Shown piece by piece: positions 48,963 to 58,399 of a stretch of DNA of 64,000 nt (the first letter of the stretch is position 1; every line of letters starts with the position of its first letter). The stretch covers positions 4,640,001 to 4,704,000 of the forward strand of contig OZ252299.1 in assembly GCA_965250285.1 (NCBI GenBank). The letters are read 5' to 3'. The position numbers and the translations under genes were made by a program. The DNA is from Myxococcota bacterium (GTDB taxonomy: Bacteria > Myxococcota_A > UBA9160 > UBA4427). The notes beneath the pieces were generated by a model. That model was not told where the DNA came from and searched no databases. It saw only the letters and a list, made by a program, of their open reading frames with translations.

Positions 48963-49643
48963 TCAGGGCACGACGATCTCGGCCTTCTCGATCACGACGT
49001 CTCGGCGCGGCCGGCCACTCTCGCTGCCCGACGCCTCCATCGAGCGCAGCGTCCCGAGCCCTTCGACGACCTGACCGAAGACCGTGTGCTTCTCGTCGAG
49101 ATGCGGAGCTTCGCCGAACAGAATGAAGAACTGACTGCCGTCGGTGCGCGGGCCCGAGTTGGCCATGCTCACCACGCCGCGCTCGTCGTGCTTGGCCTTC
49201 TTGTGGAACTCGCCGGCGTAGCGAAAGCCGGGCCCGCCCGTGCCCGTGCCCAGCGGATCGCCACCCTGCGCCATGAACTTGGGGATGATGCGGTGGAACG
49301 TGAGACCGTCATAGAACCCGAGCTTCGTGAGATAGATCGTCGACGCGACGTGCCGCGGCGCGTACTGCGGCAACAGCTCGATCTTCAACATGCCGACGTT
49401 CGTGTCGAGCACCCAGAAGTACTGCTGGTTCGGATCGAAGGCCGCGGCGGGCGGGCGGGGCACGTGGGTCTTCCATTCGGGATCGCCCTTGTCGATCGCT
49501 CGGTCGACGATGAAGGCATCGATCGTCTCGATCGGATCGGGCCCGTCGTAGGCCGGCGGCGGCACCTCGGCCTGTTTGCCACCGCAGGCGGTCAGCCAGA
49601 GCGCCAGGGCGAGCAGCACGATCGAACGCGAAGACGACGTCAT
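48963..49643 (-). CDS. Cyclophilin-type peptidyl-prolyl isomerase, lipoprotein
   Basis: LTAC lipobox; FYDGLTFHRII, QGGDP, SMANSGP, GSQFFI, HTVFGQV. Confidence 0.94.
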   Translation of the reverse strand: MTSSSRSIVLLALALWLTACGGKQAEVPPPAYDGPDPIETIDAFIVDRAIDKGDPEWKTHVPRPPAAAFDPNQQYFWVLDTNVGMLKIELLPQYAPRHVASTIYLTKLGFYDGLTFHRIIPKFMAQGGDPLGTGTGGPGFRYAGEFHKKAKHDERGVVSMANSGPRTDGSQFFILFGEAPHLDEKHTVFGQVVEGLGTLRSMEASGSESGRPRRDVVIEKAEIVVP

Positions 49644-49864
49644 TGCGGGATCCCCTCGGCCCTCCGGCCGGTGTGCGGTGCAGCCAAGCGGCCAACGATC
49701 CCCGATCGCTCACCGGGCCGCAATCCGCCCTCAGCAACCGATCTGGGCGATGCTCCCGGTCGAAACGGGCCAGGCCGTTCAGCGCGGATCGGGGCGCGCA
49801 CCGCTCGATCCATCCGGCGCGGCGCGACCGAATCGGTCCGCCGGCGCAGACGAAAGGAGCCGTC

Positions 49865-50179
49865 ATGCGCGTGATCTACGTGAGCTGCAAGCCCGACGCC
49901 GCTTCGGCGCTGGCCGAGACACTGGTCGACGAGCGCCTCGTCGCTTGCGTCTCGATCCTGCCCGGGGTCGAGTCGGTCTACCGGTGGGAAGGTCGCGTCG
50001 AGCGCGAGACCGAGGCGGTGCTGCTCATCGAGACGGGCGACGACGTCGTAAACGCTGCCGTGGCGCGCATCGAAGCACTCCACGACTACGACGTTCCGAA
50101 GATCGTCGTGCTGGACGACGTGCGAGCGACGGCCGCGTATGCGGAGTGGGTCGACGCCGAGACGCGCGGCGAACGCTGA
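49865..50179 (+). CDS. cutA: Divalent-cation tolerance protein CutA
   Basis: LVDERLVACV, SVYRWEG, LHDYDVPKI; AAGGAG RBS. Confidence 0.92.
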   Translation: MRVIYVSCKPDAASALAETLVDERLVACVSILPGVESVYRWEGRVERETEAVLLIETGDDVVNAAVARIEALHDYDVPKIVVLDDVRATAAYAEWVDAETRGER

Positions 50180-50362
50180 CCGGGCTGATGACGCAGTGCG
50201 CATGGCGGCGGCTTCTACGCAGTGCGTCGAGATCGCGCGACGCGGCGTGGCGAACGATCGCGTCTGCACGGAGTGCACGGGAGACGCATTGGACGCTCGA
50301 GGCGTGACCGACAGTCGCGTGCGCAGCCGTGGGCCGACCCATGGGAAACGAACAGATGCCGT

Positions 50363-50587
50363 TCAACGCAACGTCGCGGCGACGGGCGAATCAGGTCGTG
50401 TATGAAATCGAATCGATGAAGTTGAGGAGTCCGACCGGCGCCAACGAGGGAGAAGAGCTCGTGGCGCCGGGCGGACACCCGGCGGTCTGCTATGGGCCGG
50501 GTCGATCTCGGGTGCGGCTTCCCTCGACCAACCCGACGTGCGCAACTGACGCAGCAACTGCTTTCGCCGATTTGGCAATTCCGGCAT
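50363..50587 (-). CDS. Possible small basic hypothetical protein
   Basis: MPELPNRRKQLLRQLR...; GGAG upstream; atypical codon usage. Confidence 0.3.
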   Translation of the reverse strand: MPELPNRRKQLLRQLRTSGWSREAAPEIDPAHSRPPGVRPAPRALLPRWRRSDSSTSSIRFHTRPDSPVAATLR

Positions 50588-50807
50588 GGGGTTGCCTTGA
50601 CTCCAGTCTAGCCCCGCCGGATTGTGATGGTCAACACGACGAGCAGCCATGCCGACTCGAATTCAAAATGTGGGGAAACACCCTGACTGGGCCGGTCGAT
50701 CGATGCGCGTCGGGGTGCTGAATCGCGTCTCGACGTAGAGACAATAGTTATGTCGAAAGCTGCTGACGGGAGCGAATCGTTCCCGAGGACTTCGGGTCGA
50801 ATCCGGC

Positions 50808-51182
50808 TCAGGCGAGCAGGCTCTGGCCGATCCGGATTCGGTGGCCCCATGGATCGGCCACCTCGAACTCGCGCATCTGCCAAGGGCGATCGGCGAGTTC
50901 ACTCGTGATCGGCGCCTCGGCCGCCTGCGCCGCGGCGTAGACCGCGTCGACGTCGGCGACTCGAACGCACAGGATCGAGCCCGCCGTCGAGACTTCGGCC
51001 GACGCCACCTGTTGAAAAAAGATCTCGGTCGTGCCGTTGTAGACCGCGCCGAAGTCGCGCGCGTCGTTGCGCCAGACGACGCGGCAACCGAGGTAGACGC
51101 GATACCACTCGAGCGCCGCCTCGAGGTCGGGCACGTTCAGCTGGACGGTGACGTGCGTCCAGGCCGATTCGCTCACGACCAC
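50808..51182 (-). CDS. VOC/glyoxalase/bleomycin-resistance family protein
   Basis: LNVPDLEAALEWY, VADVDAVY, PWQMREFEVADPWGH. Confidence 0.9.
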   Translation of the reverse strand: MVVSESAWTHVTVQLNVPDLEAALEWYRVYLGCRVVWRNDARDFGAVYNGTTEIFFQQVASAEVSTAGSILCVRVADVDAVYAAAQAAEAPITSELADRPWQMREFEVADPWGHRIRIGQSLLA

Positions 51183-51311
51183 GCTCCCCGATCGGACGAC
51201 GATGCAGCGGTCGAGTGCGCACTGATCCGGTGTGCCCGCATGCCCGCGATCGACGAGGCGCGCTCAGGCGCGAGCGCATTACCCGAACGAAGCGAAGCAT
51301 GCGGATGCGAA

Positions 51312-51434
51312 GTCGGCAGGCCGAGCGTCCCGCCCCTCATCGACGAATCGATCGTCGGCAGGCCGAACCCGCGGCCCCTCTTCGACGAATCGACAGTCGG
51401 CAGGCCGAACGCGCGGCCCCTCATCGACGGATCG
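51312..51434. repeat. 3 x 42-bp tandem repeat abutting the stop codon of the DUF1232 gene
   Basis: GTCGGCAGGCCGA...GCCCCTCWTCGACGRATCG units starting at 51312, 51354 and 51396. Confidence 0.9.
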
Positions 51435-51435
51435 C

Positions 51436-51999
51436 CTACCAGAGCGCGGTCGGCGAGCGACCGCTCGCGGCGCGCAGATCACGGCGCCTCGAGCGCCGGC
51501 GGCGAATGCGCTGATGCAGCGCCTTTCGGCGCGCAACGACCCATTCCTCGCGGATCTTGGGATCTTCGTCCTGCCCGAAGCGATCCTCGTGGGTCTCGCG
51601 GAACGAGCAGAAATCCTGGTACGCCTCGAGCTCGTGCTCGAGCTCGATCACGACGAGCTCGACCATGATTGCGTCGTCGAGGTAGCCGAGCACGGGCACC
51701 TTGTCGGGGATCATGTCTTCGGGCTCTGCGAAGTAGGCGAGCCCGTTCACCACGCGCTCGCGATCCTTGCCGCTGAGCGCCCAGTCGGTGTCTTCGAGCA
51801 TGTCGATCAGCTCGGTGAGCCGCCCCATGCGGGCCGTGACGAATTCGGGGGCGTTGGCGGCCCCCATGTCGACGAGCAGCGTACGGGAGGCTTCGATGAT
51901 CTCGACTTCGCCCTTGTCCTTGCTGCGATTGCGCACTTCGCGCATGACGCCTCGGAAGTACTTGAGATCGGCGTCGCTCAGATCGAAGCTGATGCGCAT
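51436..51999 (-). CDS. YkvA/DUF1232 family protein
   Basis: LAYFAEPEDMIPDKVPVLGYLDDA; GGAGG RBS. Confidence 0.88.
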   Translation of the reverse strand: MRISFDLSDADLKYFRGVMREVRNRSKDKGEVEIIEASRTLLVDMGAANAPEFVTARMGRLTELIDMLEDTDWALSGKDRERVVNGLAYFAEPEDMIPDKVPVLGYLDDAIMVELVVIELEHELEAYQDFCSFRETHEDRFGQDEDPKIREEWVVARRKALHQRIRRRRSRRRDLRAASGRSPTALW

Positions 52000-52195
52000 C
52001 GGTTCCTCCGCCCGGGTGTGATCGTTCAGGGCGCTCAAGCCTACCATGCGCCGATTCGCTGGGGCAGGGGACCTCTGCGTGACGTTGTCGGCCTCGGCGC
52101 GCCCGGTCGATTGACGATTCGTCACGACCGAGAAGCGGCAGCGGGCACGCAACCTCGCCGCACCGCGGCAGCGACTGCCGCGCGCATGCGCGGGG

Positions 52196-52636
52196 TCAGC
52201 CGGGCTCGGCGGCGGCCGGCGCGGGCACCGGGGGCGACGGAAACTCGAGCACCGCCGTCACCGTCTTGCCGCCATAGCCGTGCTGGCTGTCGTGGGCTCG
52301 AACGACCACCTCGGTCACGCCTTCGGGAATCTCCACGCCCACCAGGCCGCGGACGAAGGGCTGTTCGTGCACATGGGGATGGCGCAAGACACGGGTCCCC
52401 AGCACCTCACCGTCGGGCGACACGATCTCGAAGCGGTCGGCGTAGTGGCGCTCGCCGGTGTCGGAGTGCAGCACCTTCGCCTGGAAGTCGCAGATCCGCA
52501 TCGTGCTGCAGACCGCGTTCACCTCGAGCACGGCCGCCTCGCCCGCCCGGGCCGGGGCCGACGTGACGCTCGCCCCGAGATACGTCACAAGGCCGAACGC
52601 CCACACCGAGCAGCCGAGTCGCCGGGCGCGGCTCAT
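52196..52636 (-). CDS. Secreted hypothetical protein with His motifs
   Basis: Signal peptide; HSDTGERHYADRF, RVLRHPHVHEQPF, RAHDSQHG; ATGA overlap with the molybdoenzyme gene. Confidence 0.75.
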   Translation of the reverse strand: MSRARRLGCSVWAFGLVTYLGASVTSAPARAGEAAVLEVNAVCSTMRICDFQAKVLHSDTGERHYADRFEIVSPDGEVLGTRVLRHPHVHEQPFVRGLVGVEIPEGVTEVVVRAHDSQHGYGGKTVTAVLEFPSPPVPAPAAAEPG

Positions 52637-54858
52637 GCCGACGCCGCCTCGATCTCGACCGGGATCCCGTTCAGGACCGATGTGCCCGAGAGCCGATCGA
52701 CGACCTCCTCGTCGGTCAGAAGGTTCGTGTTCACCCCGGCATGCTTCGCCGCGACGCGAAGACGCGCCCCCTCGACATCGTGGCCGAAGCCGTGCGGCAG
52801 GCTCACGACGCCTCGCATCAGGGCGTCGGTCGCTTCGACCGGCACGACGAGCTCGCCCACCCTCGACCGCACCCGAGCCCGGGCCTCGGCACCGTCGAGA
52901 CCGAGGGCCTTGGCGTCATCGGGGTGGATCTGCAGCGTGCAGCGATCGCGACCGCGGACGAGCCGCTCGACGTTGTGCATCCACGAGTTGTTCGAACGCA
53001 GATGCCGACGACCGATCAATACGTACTCGGGTGACGCCGCGCCCGATTCGGCTTCGAGCCGTTCGAGCTCTTCGGCGATCGGCGGCGGCATCAGCTCGAT
53101 CCGGCCCGACGGCGTGCGCAGCACACCGGGCAGCTGGGGCTCGAGCGCACCGAGATCGATGCCGTGCGGCGACGACTCGAGCTCGGCCAGCGACAGTCGA
53201 TCGCCGTAGGGCCCGCCGCGCACCATCGCGTCGATGATGCGTTCGGGCCCGGGCCGATCCGCCGACTCGGCGAGGAGCGCCGCAGCATCGTGACCCGCGA
53301 CGGGCGAAGCGTCGTTCGCCACCGACGCCTGCATCGCGCCGCCGGCCATCATGTCGTCGAGCCCCTTCGGATCAGCATCGACCGGCTGCCCCTGGGCGAT
53401 CAGTGCGAGCCGGCCGAGCACCTCCGACTCTTGCGGTTGATCTGTCTCGAAGACCGGCGGTGAGTAGCGCGCGACGTTCCGCACCGAGAGGCCGTAGAAC
53501 GCGAGGTCGTAGTGGCTGCGTTCGAGCGGCGTCGGCACCGGCAGATGAATGTCGGCATGGCAGGTGGTCTCGTTGCGATAGGGATCGACGCTGATCATGA
53601 GGTCGAGCTTCGAGAGGGCCTTGGCCAGGCGATCGCCGTTCGGCGTCGAGAGCACCGGGTTGCCGGCGATGGTCACGAGCGCGCGCACCTGGCCTTCGCC
53701 GGGCGTATCGATCTCTTCGGCGAGGACCGAGACCGGCATCTCGCCCATGACTTCGGGTGCACCGCGTACACGGCTCTGCCAGCGGCCCGTCACGAAGCCC
53801 TTGCCCCCCGCACGCCCATCCGACGCGCGCGCGTGTGCAGCGCGCGGCCACATCAGACCACCCGGCGCATCGAGGTGACCGGCGAGGAGCGTGACGATGT
53901 CGGTGGCCCACGACGTGAGCGCGCCGTAGCGGACGGTGTTCGTTCCGATTCGGCCATACACGACGGCGCGCTCGGCCTCGGCCAGCGACCGCGCGAGATC
54001 ACGAATCGTCGCGGCCGAGATGCCCGTGGCTTCGGCAGCCCGCTCGGGCGTCCACGTCGAGAGCGCAGCCTCGAGCTCGGCCAGGCCTTCGACGTGGCCT
54101 TCTGCCGCACCGAGCGACGTCCGCTCCTCCTCGACCAGCACGTGCGCCATCGCGAGCAGCAGCTGGACATCGGTCCCCGGCCGAATCGCGAGATGCGTGT
54201 CGGCGATCTCGGCCGTACGCGTGCGCTTCGGATCGATCACGACGAGTCGTCCGCCCCGGGCGCGCAGCGCCTTCAAGCGACCGGGGAAGTCGGGCGCGGT
54301 GCACAGGCTGCCGTTCGACTCGAGCGGATTCGCTCCGAGCATCACGAGCAGATCAGTGCGGTCGAGATCGGGCACCGGAATGATGCCGGGGCCGCCATAG
54401 AGCAGCCCGCTCGAGACGTGCCGCGGCATCTGGTCGACCGTGCTCGCCGAGAAGACGTTCTTCGTGCCGATCGCCTTGATCAGGGGGCGCACGTACATGC
54501 CGCCGGCCATGTTGTGCACGTTCGGATTGCCGAGATAGATCGCGACCGCGTTGCGGCCATGTTCTTCGATGATCGGCCGCAGCCGCCGTTCGACCTCGGC
54601 GAAGGCCTCGTCGAAGCTCGCGTCGCGCGCCTCGCCGCCCCGGCCCAGCAGAGGCGTCTTCAGCCAGTCGGGATCCTCGTGCAGATCCTTCAGTGTGGCG
54701 CCCTTCGGGCAGACGTAGCCACGGCTGAACACGTCGTCCTCGTCGCCGCGAATGCGCGTGACGCGTCCATCTTCGACCTCGATGGCGAGGCCGCACGTCG
54801 CTTCACAGAGCGGGCAGGTGCGATAGTGGGTTCCGTCTTCACCGGGGGCGGGGGGCAT
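52633..54858 (-). CDS. Molybdopterin oxidoreductase catalytic subunit (DMSO reductase superfamily) with N-terminal [4Fe-4S] motif
   Basis: CPLCEATCG...CPKG, GANPLES, IDP, IRPGTD, RSNNSWMHN, IHPDDA. Confidence 0.92.
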   Translation of the reverse strand: MPPAPGEDGTHYRTCPLCEATCGLAIEVEDGRVTRIRGDEDDVFSRGYVCPKGATLKDLHEDPDWLKTPLLGRGGEARDASFDEAFAEVERRLRPIIEEHGRNAVAIYLGNPNVHNMAGGMYVRPLIKAIGTKNVFSASTVDQMPRHVSSGLLYGGPGIIPVPDLDRTDLLVMLGANPLESNGSLCTAPDFPGRLKALRARGGRLVVIDPKRTRTAEIADTHLAIRPGTDVQLLLAMAHVLVEEERTSLGAAEGHVEGLAELEAALSTWTPERAAEATGISAATIRDLARSLAEAERAVVYGRIGTNTVRYGALTSWATDIVTLLAGHLDAPGGLMWPRAAHARASDGRAGGKGFVTGRWQSRVRGAPEVMGEMPVSVLAEEIDTPGEGQVRALVTIAGNPVLSTPNGDRLAKALSKLDLMISVDPYRNETTCHADIHLPVPTPLERSHYDLAFYGLSVRNVARYSPPVFETDQPQESEVLGRLALIAQGQPVDADPKGLDDMMAGGAMQASVANDASPVAGHDAAALLAESADRPGPERIIDAMVRGGPYGDRLSLAELESSPHGIDLGALEPQLPGVLRTPSGRIELMPPPIAEELERLEAESGAASPEYVLIGRRHLRSNNSWMHNVERLVRGRDRCTLQIHPDDAKALGLDGAEARARVRSRVGELVVPVEATDALMRGVVSLPHGFGHDVEGARLRVAAKHAGVNTNLLTDEEVVDRLSGTSVLNGIPVEIEAASA

Positions 54859-55006
54859 CGGTGCGCTCCTCGAGGGCGGGCGCGCGCGGGACAGCGCGGC
54901 GTCAGGCCCCCAATCATACGCCGCCTCTCACGCGATCGGTGCGCTCCTCGAGGGCGGCCCGGCCGTTCGGCCAGGCGCAAGGATGCACCGCGTCTCACAC
55001 GATCGG
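54857..55006. repeat. Mosaic intergenic duplication joining an RBS copy and a gene-end copy
   Basis: ATCGGTGCGCTCCTCGAGGGCGG at 54857 and 54935; CCGCsTCTCACrCGATCGG at 54921 and 54988. Confidence 0.75.
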
Positions 55007-55501
55007 CTCGTTCGTTGGAGGCTCGGGGCCTTCGGCCCGATTTCGGTCGGGGCGCGGGCGTCGAAGCATCTTCGGCGTGAGGCTGCCATCTTCGGCCCAG
55101 TACAGCGTCATCTCGAAGTACGTGAACGAGGCGGTCCAGGCGATCAGGACGAGCCCGACGAGCGCCTCGAGGCCTGCCAGCAGTCGGGCGTCGCCGATCG
55201 GGACGATGTCGCCATAGCCAAGCGACGTGTACGTCACGAACGAGAAGTAGCTGATGTCGGTGAAGTCGGGGTTCTCGATCGTGAGCTGCGCGACACCGGC
55301 GCGCTCGATCGCGTACCAGCCGGCCGCGAACACGTAGACCTCGATCACGTGGGCCACGAGGCCCGCGACGATGCCAATCACGACGCGCATGCGATGGGCC
55401 GACGTAGCGCGACGAATCACGGCGGTCGCGAGGCTCAGCCCCTCGTAGTGCACGCCCACGCACACGAGCGTCAGCAGCACGCCGACCAAGAACACTTCCA
55501 T
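54995..55501 (-). CDS. Potassium channel family protein (single pore domain)
   Basis: YFSFVTYTSLGYGDIVP selectivity-filter motif flanked by TM segments. Confidence 0.88.
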   Translation of the reverse strand: MEVFLVGVLLTLVCVGVHYEGLSLATAVIRRATSAHRMRVVIGIVAGLVAHVIEVYVFAAGWYAIERAGVAQLTIENPDFTDISYFSFVTYTSLGYGDIVPIGDARLLAGLEALVGLVLIAWTASFTYFEMTLYWAEDGSLTPKMLRRPRPDRNRAEGPEPPTNEPIV

Positions 55502-55554
55502 GTCGCCCCAGGCCCCCGAGTCCACGGGGGATTATAGAGGCCGTGGGCGCGCGG

Positions 55555-55926
55555 TCAGCCGCGCCCGCCGTCGATGCTCCAGATGCCCGAGCCCCGCCCC
55601 GAGATCATCAGGAAGGCGAAGCAGTACAGCACCGCCATCTCGCCCTTGTTGACGCTCGGGAAGAGGTGATTCAAGCCGTGGGCGATCCAGTAGGCGACCG
55701 CCATGGTGCCGCTCGCGAGGAACGCGGCCCAGCTGGTCATGAAACCGACGGCGATCATCGCGCCCCCAACGAGCTCGATCACGCCCGCCGCAAGCAGCAT
55801 CGCATTGAGCTCGGGCCCGGGCGCTGGAAAGTCGAGCAGCTTCTGCGTGCCGTGAAACGCGAAGAGCAGGCCGAACACGATGCGGAACACCGCGTACGTC
55901 TCGTTCTGGAACTTGTTCATGAACAT
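55555..55926 (-). CDS. DoxX family membrane protein
   Basis: RIVFGLLFAFHGTQKL, ELVGG, MAVAYWIAH, GSGIWSID. Confidence 0.92.
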   Translation of the reverse strand: MFMNKFQNETYAVFRIVFGLLFAFHGTQKLLDFPAPGPELNAMLLAAGVIELVGGAMIAVGFMTSWAAFLASGTMAVAYWIAHGLNHLFPSVNKGEMAVLYCFAFLMISGRGSGIWSIDGGRG

Positions 55927-56034
55927 GGGCGATCTCCTGGCGCTCACCGTCGCAGCGAGGCGCGGTCGAAGCGTGCCGCTTGGATGCGCGGGTCGGTGGT
56001 GCGTTTCGGAGAGCGTCGCAAGCCGAAGCGGCCG

Positions 56035-56607
56035 CTACCAGCCCTGGGTCCCCGGTGCGCCCTTGAACGGACCGGCGAGATCGGGGGTGATCCACCCCCC
56101 ATAGAAGCCACCGGCCTGAGGCTGAACCTCGTCGTCGCCAAGTCGACACTGCACGCGGCCCGGGTAGAACGAGATCATGCCGGCGAGCGATACGAACTCG
56201 GCGAGCGGTTCGGGCAGGCGCCACGCAACCGCACCGGTCGAGGGCCGAGAGACGAGCCCCAGGTACTCGGCCCGCCCCTTCCACTCACAGAAGCTCTCGC
56301 CGCGCATCGGACACAGCCGATCCAGGGCCACGTCCTCGGCGGGCACGTAGACGGTCGGTGGACTCGCAGTCTCGAGCACGCGCAACGCGCGGTCGGATCG
56401 TGCGAGCTCGTCGTCGCCGTTGCGCACCCACACGTGACGCTTCTCGGGCTCGACGCGCGGTGGGCGTGGAAAGTCCCAGACGGAGATCTGCCCGGGCCCG
56501 GGTATCTCGGCGAAGTCGGGCCGCCGATCGCCGCGGTGGAGCCAGGCGGCGCGCCGCGCGTCTAGTTCGCGCCGCTCACGTTTGCTCAAGTCGTCGTTTG
56601 CACTCAT
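56035..56607 (-). CDS. DUF427 domain protein
   Basis: SVWDFPRPP, VLETASPPTVY, SFCEWKG, FYGGWIT. Confidence 0.9.
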   Translation of the reverse strand: MSANDDLSKRERRELDARRAAWLHRGDRRPDFAEIPGPGQISVWDFPRPPRVEPEKRHVWVRNGDDELARSDRALRVLETASPPTVYVPAEDVALDRLCPMRGESFCEWKGRAEYLGLVSRPSTGAVAWRLPEPLAEFVSLAGMISFYPGRVQCRLGDDEVQPQAGGFYGGWITPDLAGPFKGAPGTQGW

Positions 56608-56642
56608 TGCGTCGATGCCTCGGCGCACGATCGGCGTGCCCG

Positions 56643-57035
56643 CTACTGGGCGAGCCAGAACGTGCGGTTCTCTTCGGACTGCACGGGCATCGCCCGCCCG
56701 GCGACGACGCGTCCATGATCGATGTCGAGCTGCAGCAGCACATCGGTCGCGAGGAGCCGAGGCCCCCGCGACGCCTCGAGGCGATAGAAGAGAACGGCTC
56801 CCTGATCGCTTGCGTACACATCGAGCAGTTCGGAGCAGAGGTCGTCGACGAGTTCGCCACTGCGCGCAAGCGAAGAGATCACCTCGTCGACCCCCTTCGC
56901 CTCACCACCGAGCGACCCCGAGTGCAGGGACGACCAGGTGACGAGTGGATCGAGCAGCTGCTCGAGACGATCGACATCGCTCTCCGACGTCGCTCGCCAA
57001 AGCGAGAGTGCAAGCTCGAGGTGGGGATGCTGCAT
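56643..57035 (-). CDS. NTF2/SnoaL-like protein
   Basis: GDV-like/LLDPLVTW...GEAKGVDEV pattern; GAGGAGG RBS. Confidence 0.7.
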   Translation of the reverse strand: MQHPHLELALSLWRATSESDVDRLEQLLDPLVTWSSLHSGSLGGEAKGVDEVISSLARSGELVDDLCSELLDVYASDQGAVLFYRLEASRGPRLLATDVLLQLDIDHGRVVAGRAMPVQSEENRTFWLAQ

Positions 57036-57416
57036 GGTGCACCTCCTCGACGCATCGAGGAGCACGATCGACGGATGTGGCTCGCCGCCATCGATCAGAC
57101 CCCGCGATTGCCGTCGTCACACGCGAACAACGCGACGCCAGGGGGCTCGACACATCGAGCCAGGAGCGTCGCTTCGGACGCGTCACCGCACCCTAACACG
57201 ACGCATGCGTGCGTGGCTCGGACAATCGGCATACCCATTCGAAGCTGACATGGGCAACACCGGGCGCACGCCTGGCCAAGCGATTCGTCGCTGAAACCCC
57301 CACACCGCAGATGGGTGGGCAACGGCACCAGGTGGCCTGCAGTGGCGCACACGCGACGCGGGCCGGTGTCGGCCGCTATGCCTCCAAAATTCAGGTGAAT
57401 CAAGGAGGTGCGAGGT

Positions 57417-57737
57417 TCAACGCTTCGCCAGCTGCACCCCTGTGCCGATGATCGTTGCGAGCGGCACCATCTCGGTGGCCGGTGTTCCGGCATAGACCGC
57501 GCCGGCGAGGCCGGCGAGCCAGGCGCCGCGGCCCCGCATGCCGGCCTCACGCGCGGCCCAGTAGGCGGCGAGGCCCCCCAGAACGAAGCCCCCATAGAGC
57601 CCGATCGGCCCGAGGGTCGCGAAGTCGACGGCATCGACGATCATGCCGAGCAGCACGGGCGGGATCGGACGCCCGCGCTTCGGCGGGTCGCTCTCGGTCA
57701 GAACGGGGCCGTCTTCATCGGATCGCGCGCGCGTCAC
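57417..57737 (-). CDS. Hypothetical membrane protein
   Basis: Hydrophobic segments; operonic spacing with the TfoX gene. Confidence 0.65.
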   Translation of the reverse strand: MTRARSDEDGPVLTESDPPKRGRPIPPVLLGMIVDAVDFATLGPIGLYGGFVLGGLAAYWAAREAGMRGRGAWLAGLAGAVYAGTPATEMVPLATIIGTGVQLAKR

Positions 57738-57740
57738 GGG

Positions 57741-58352
57741 TCAGGTGCGTCGGCGGCGCTTCGCCGCCGCCCTGCGCGCCGAATGGCCCGCCGCGCTCCG
57801 CTTCGCCTTCTTCTTGGCGGCGCGCTTCGCCGACTTCTTCTTCGCGGCGCGCTTGTGTGCCTTCTTGCTCGACCGTTTCGGGGTCTTCTTCGGCGCCTGC
57901 TTCTTGCCGGCCTTCTTCGTTGCGGCCCGCTTCTTCGGCGCCCTCTTCTTCGCCGCACTCTTCTTCGGCGCCCTCTTCTTCGCCGCTTGCTTCTCGGCGG
58001 GCCGCTTCCGAGCTGCCTTCTCTGGTTTCGGGGGCAGGCTCGCCGCGTGCCGCAGGCCGAGCTCGAGCCATGCGAGCAGATCTTCGTCCTCGGCGATGCC
58101 TTCCTCGCCGACGTAGACGAAGCCCGTGAGCGAGCGACCGGTGAAAACCATCTCGCGCGCGTGGGGGCGCTCGAGCGCGTCGGCGTAGGCTTCGGCGCCG
58201 ACACGAACCATCAGCTCGTGGCCGACGACGCCAAACACCATGTGACGGCGCCAAAGGAAACAGAGGCCCCCGAACATGCGCTTCTCGGCGATGCCCGGGT
58301 GGTCTTCGAGCTGCTCACGAATGCGGTGCGCCAGGCCTTCGTCGTACGCCAT
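57741..58352 (-). CDS. TfoX N-terminal domain protein with histone H1-like Lys/Ala-rich tail
   Basis: MAYDEGLA, EKRMFGGLCF, LMVRVG, GFVYV, then about 90 aa of KKRAPKK/AAKK repeats. Confidence 0.88.
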   Translation of the reverse strand: MAYDEGLAHRIREQLEDHPGIAEKRMFGGLCFLWRRHMVFGVVGHELMVRVGAEAYADALERPHAREMVFTGRSLTGFVYVGEEGIAEDEDLLAWLELGLRHAASLPPKPEKAARKRPAEKQAAKKRAPKKSAAKKRAPKKRAATKKAGKKQAPKKTPKRSSKKAHKRAAKKKSAKRAAKKKAKRSAAGHSARRAAAKRRRRT

Positions 58353-58399
58353 GCGCCCTCCCGCCCGAAGCCTTCACGCAGCGGGCGAAGCGCCGAGCG

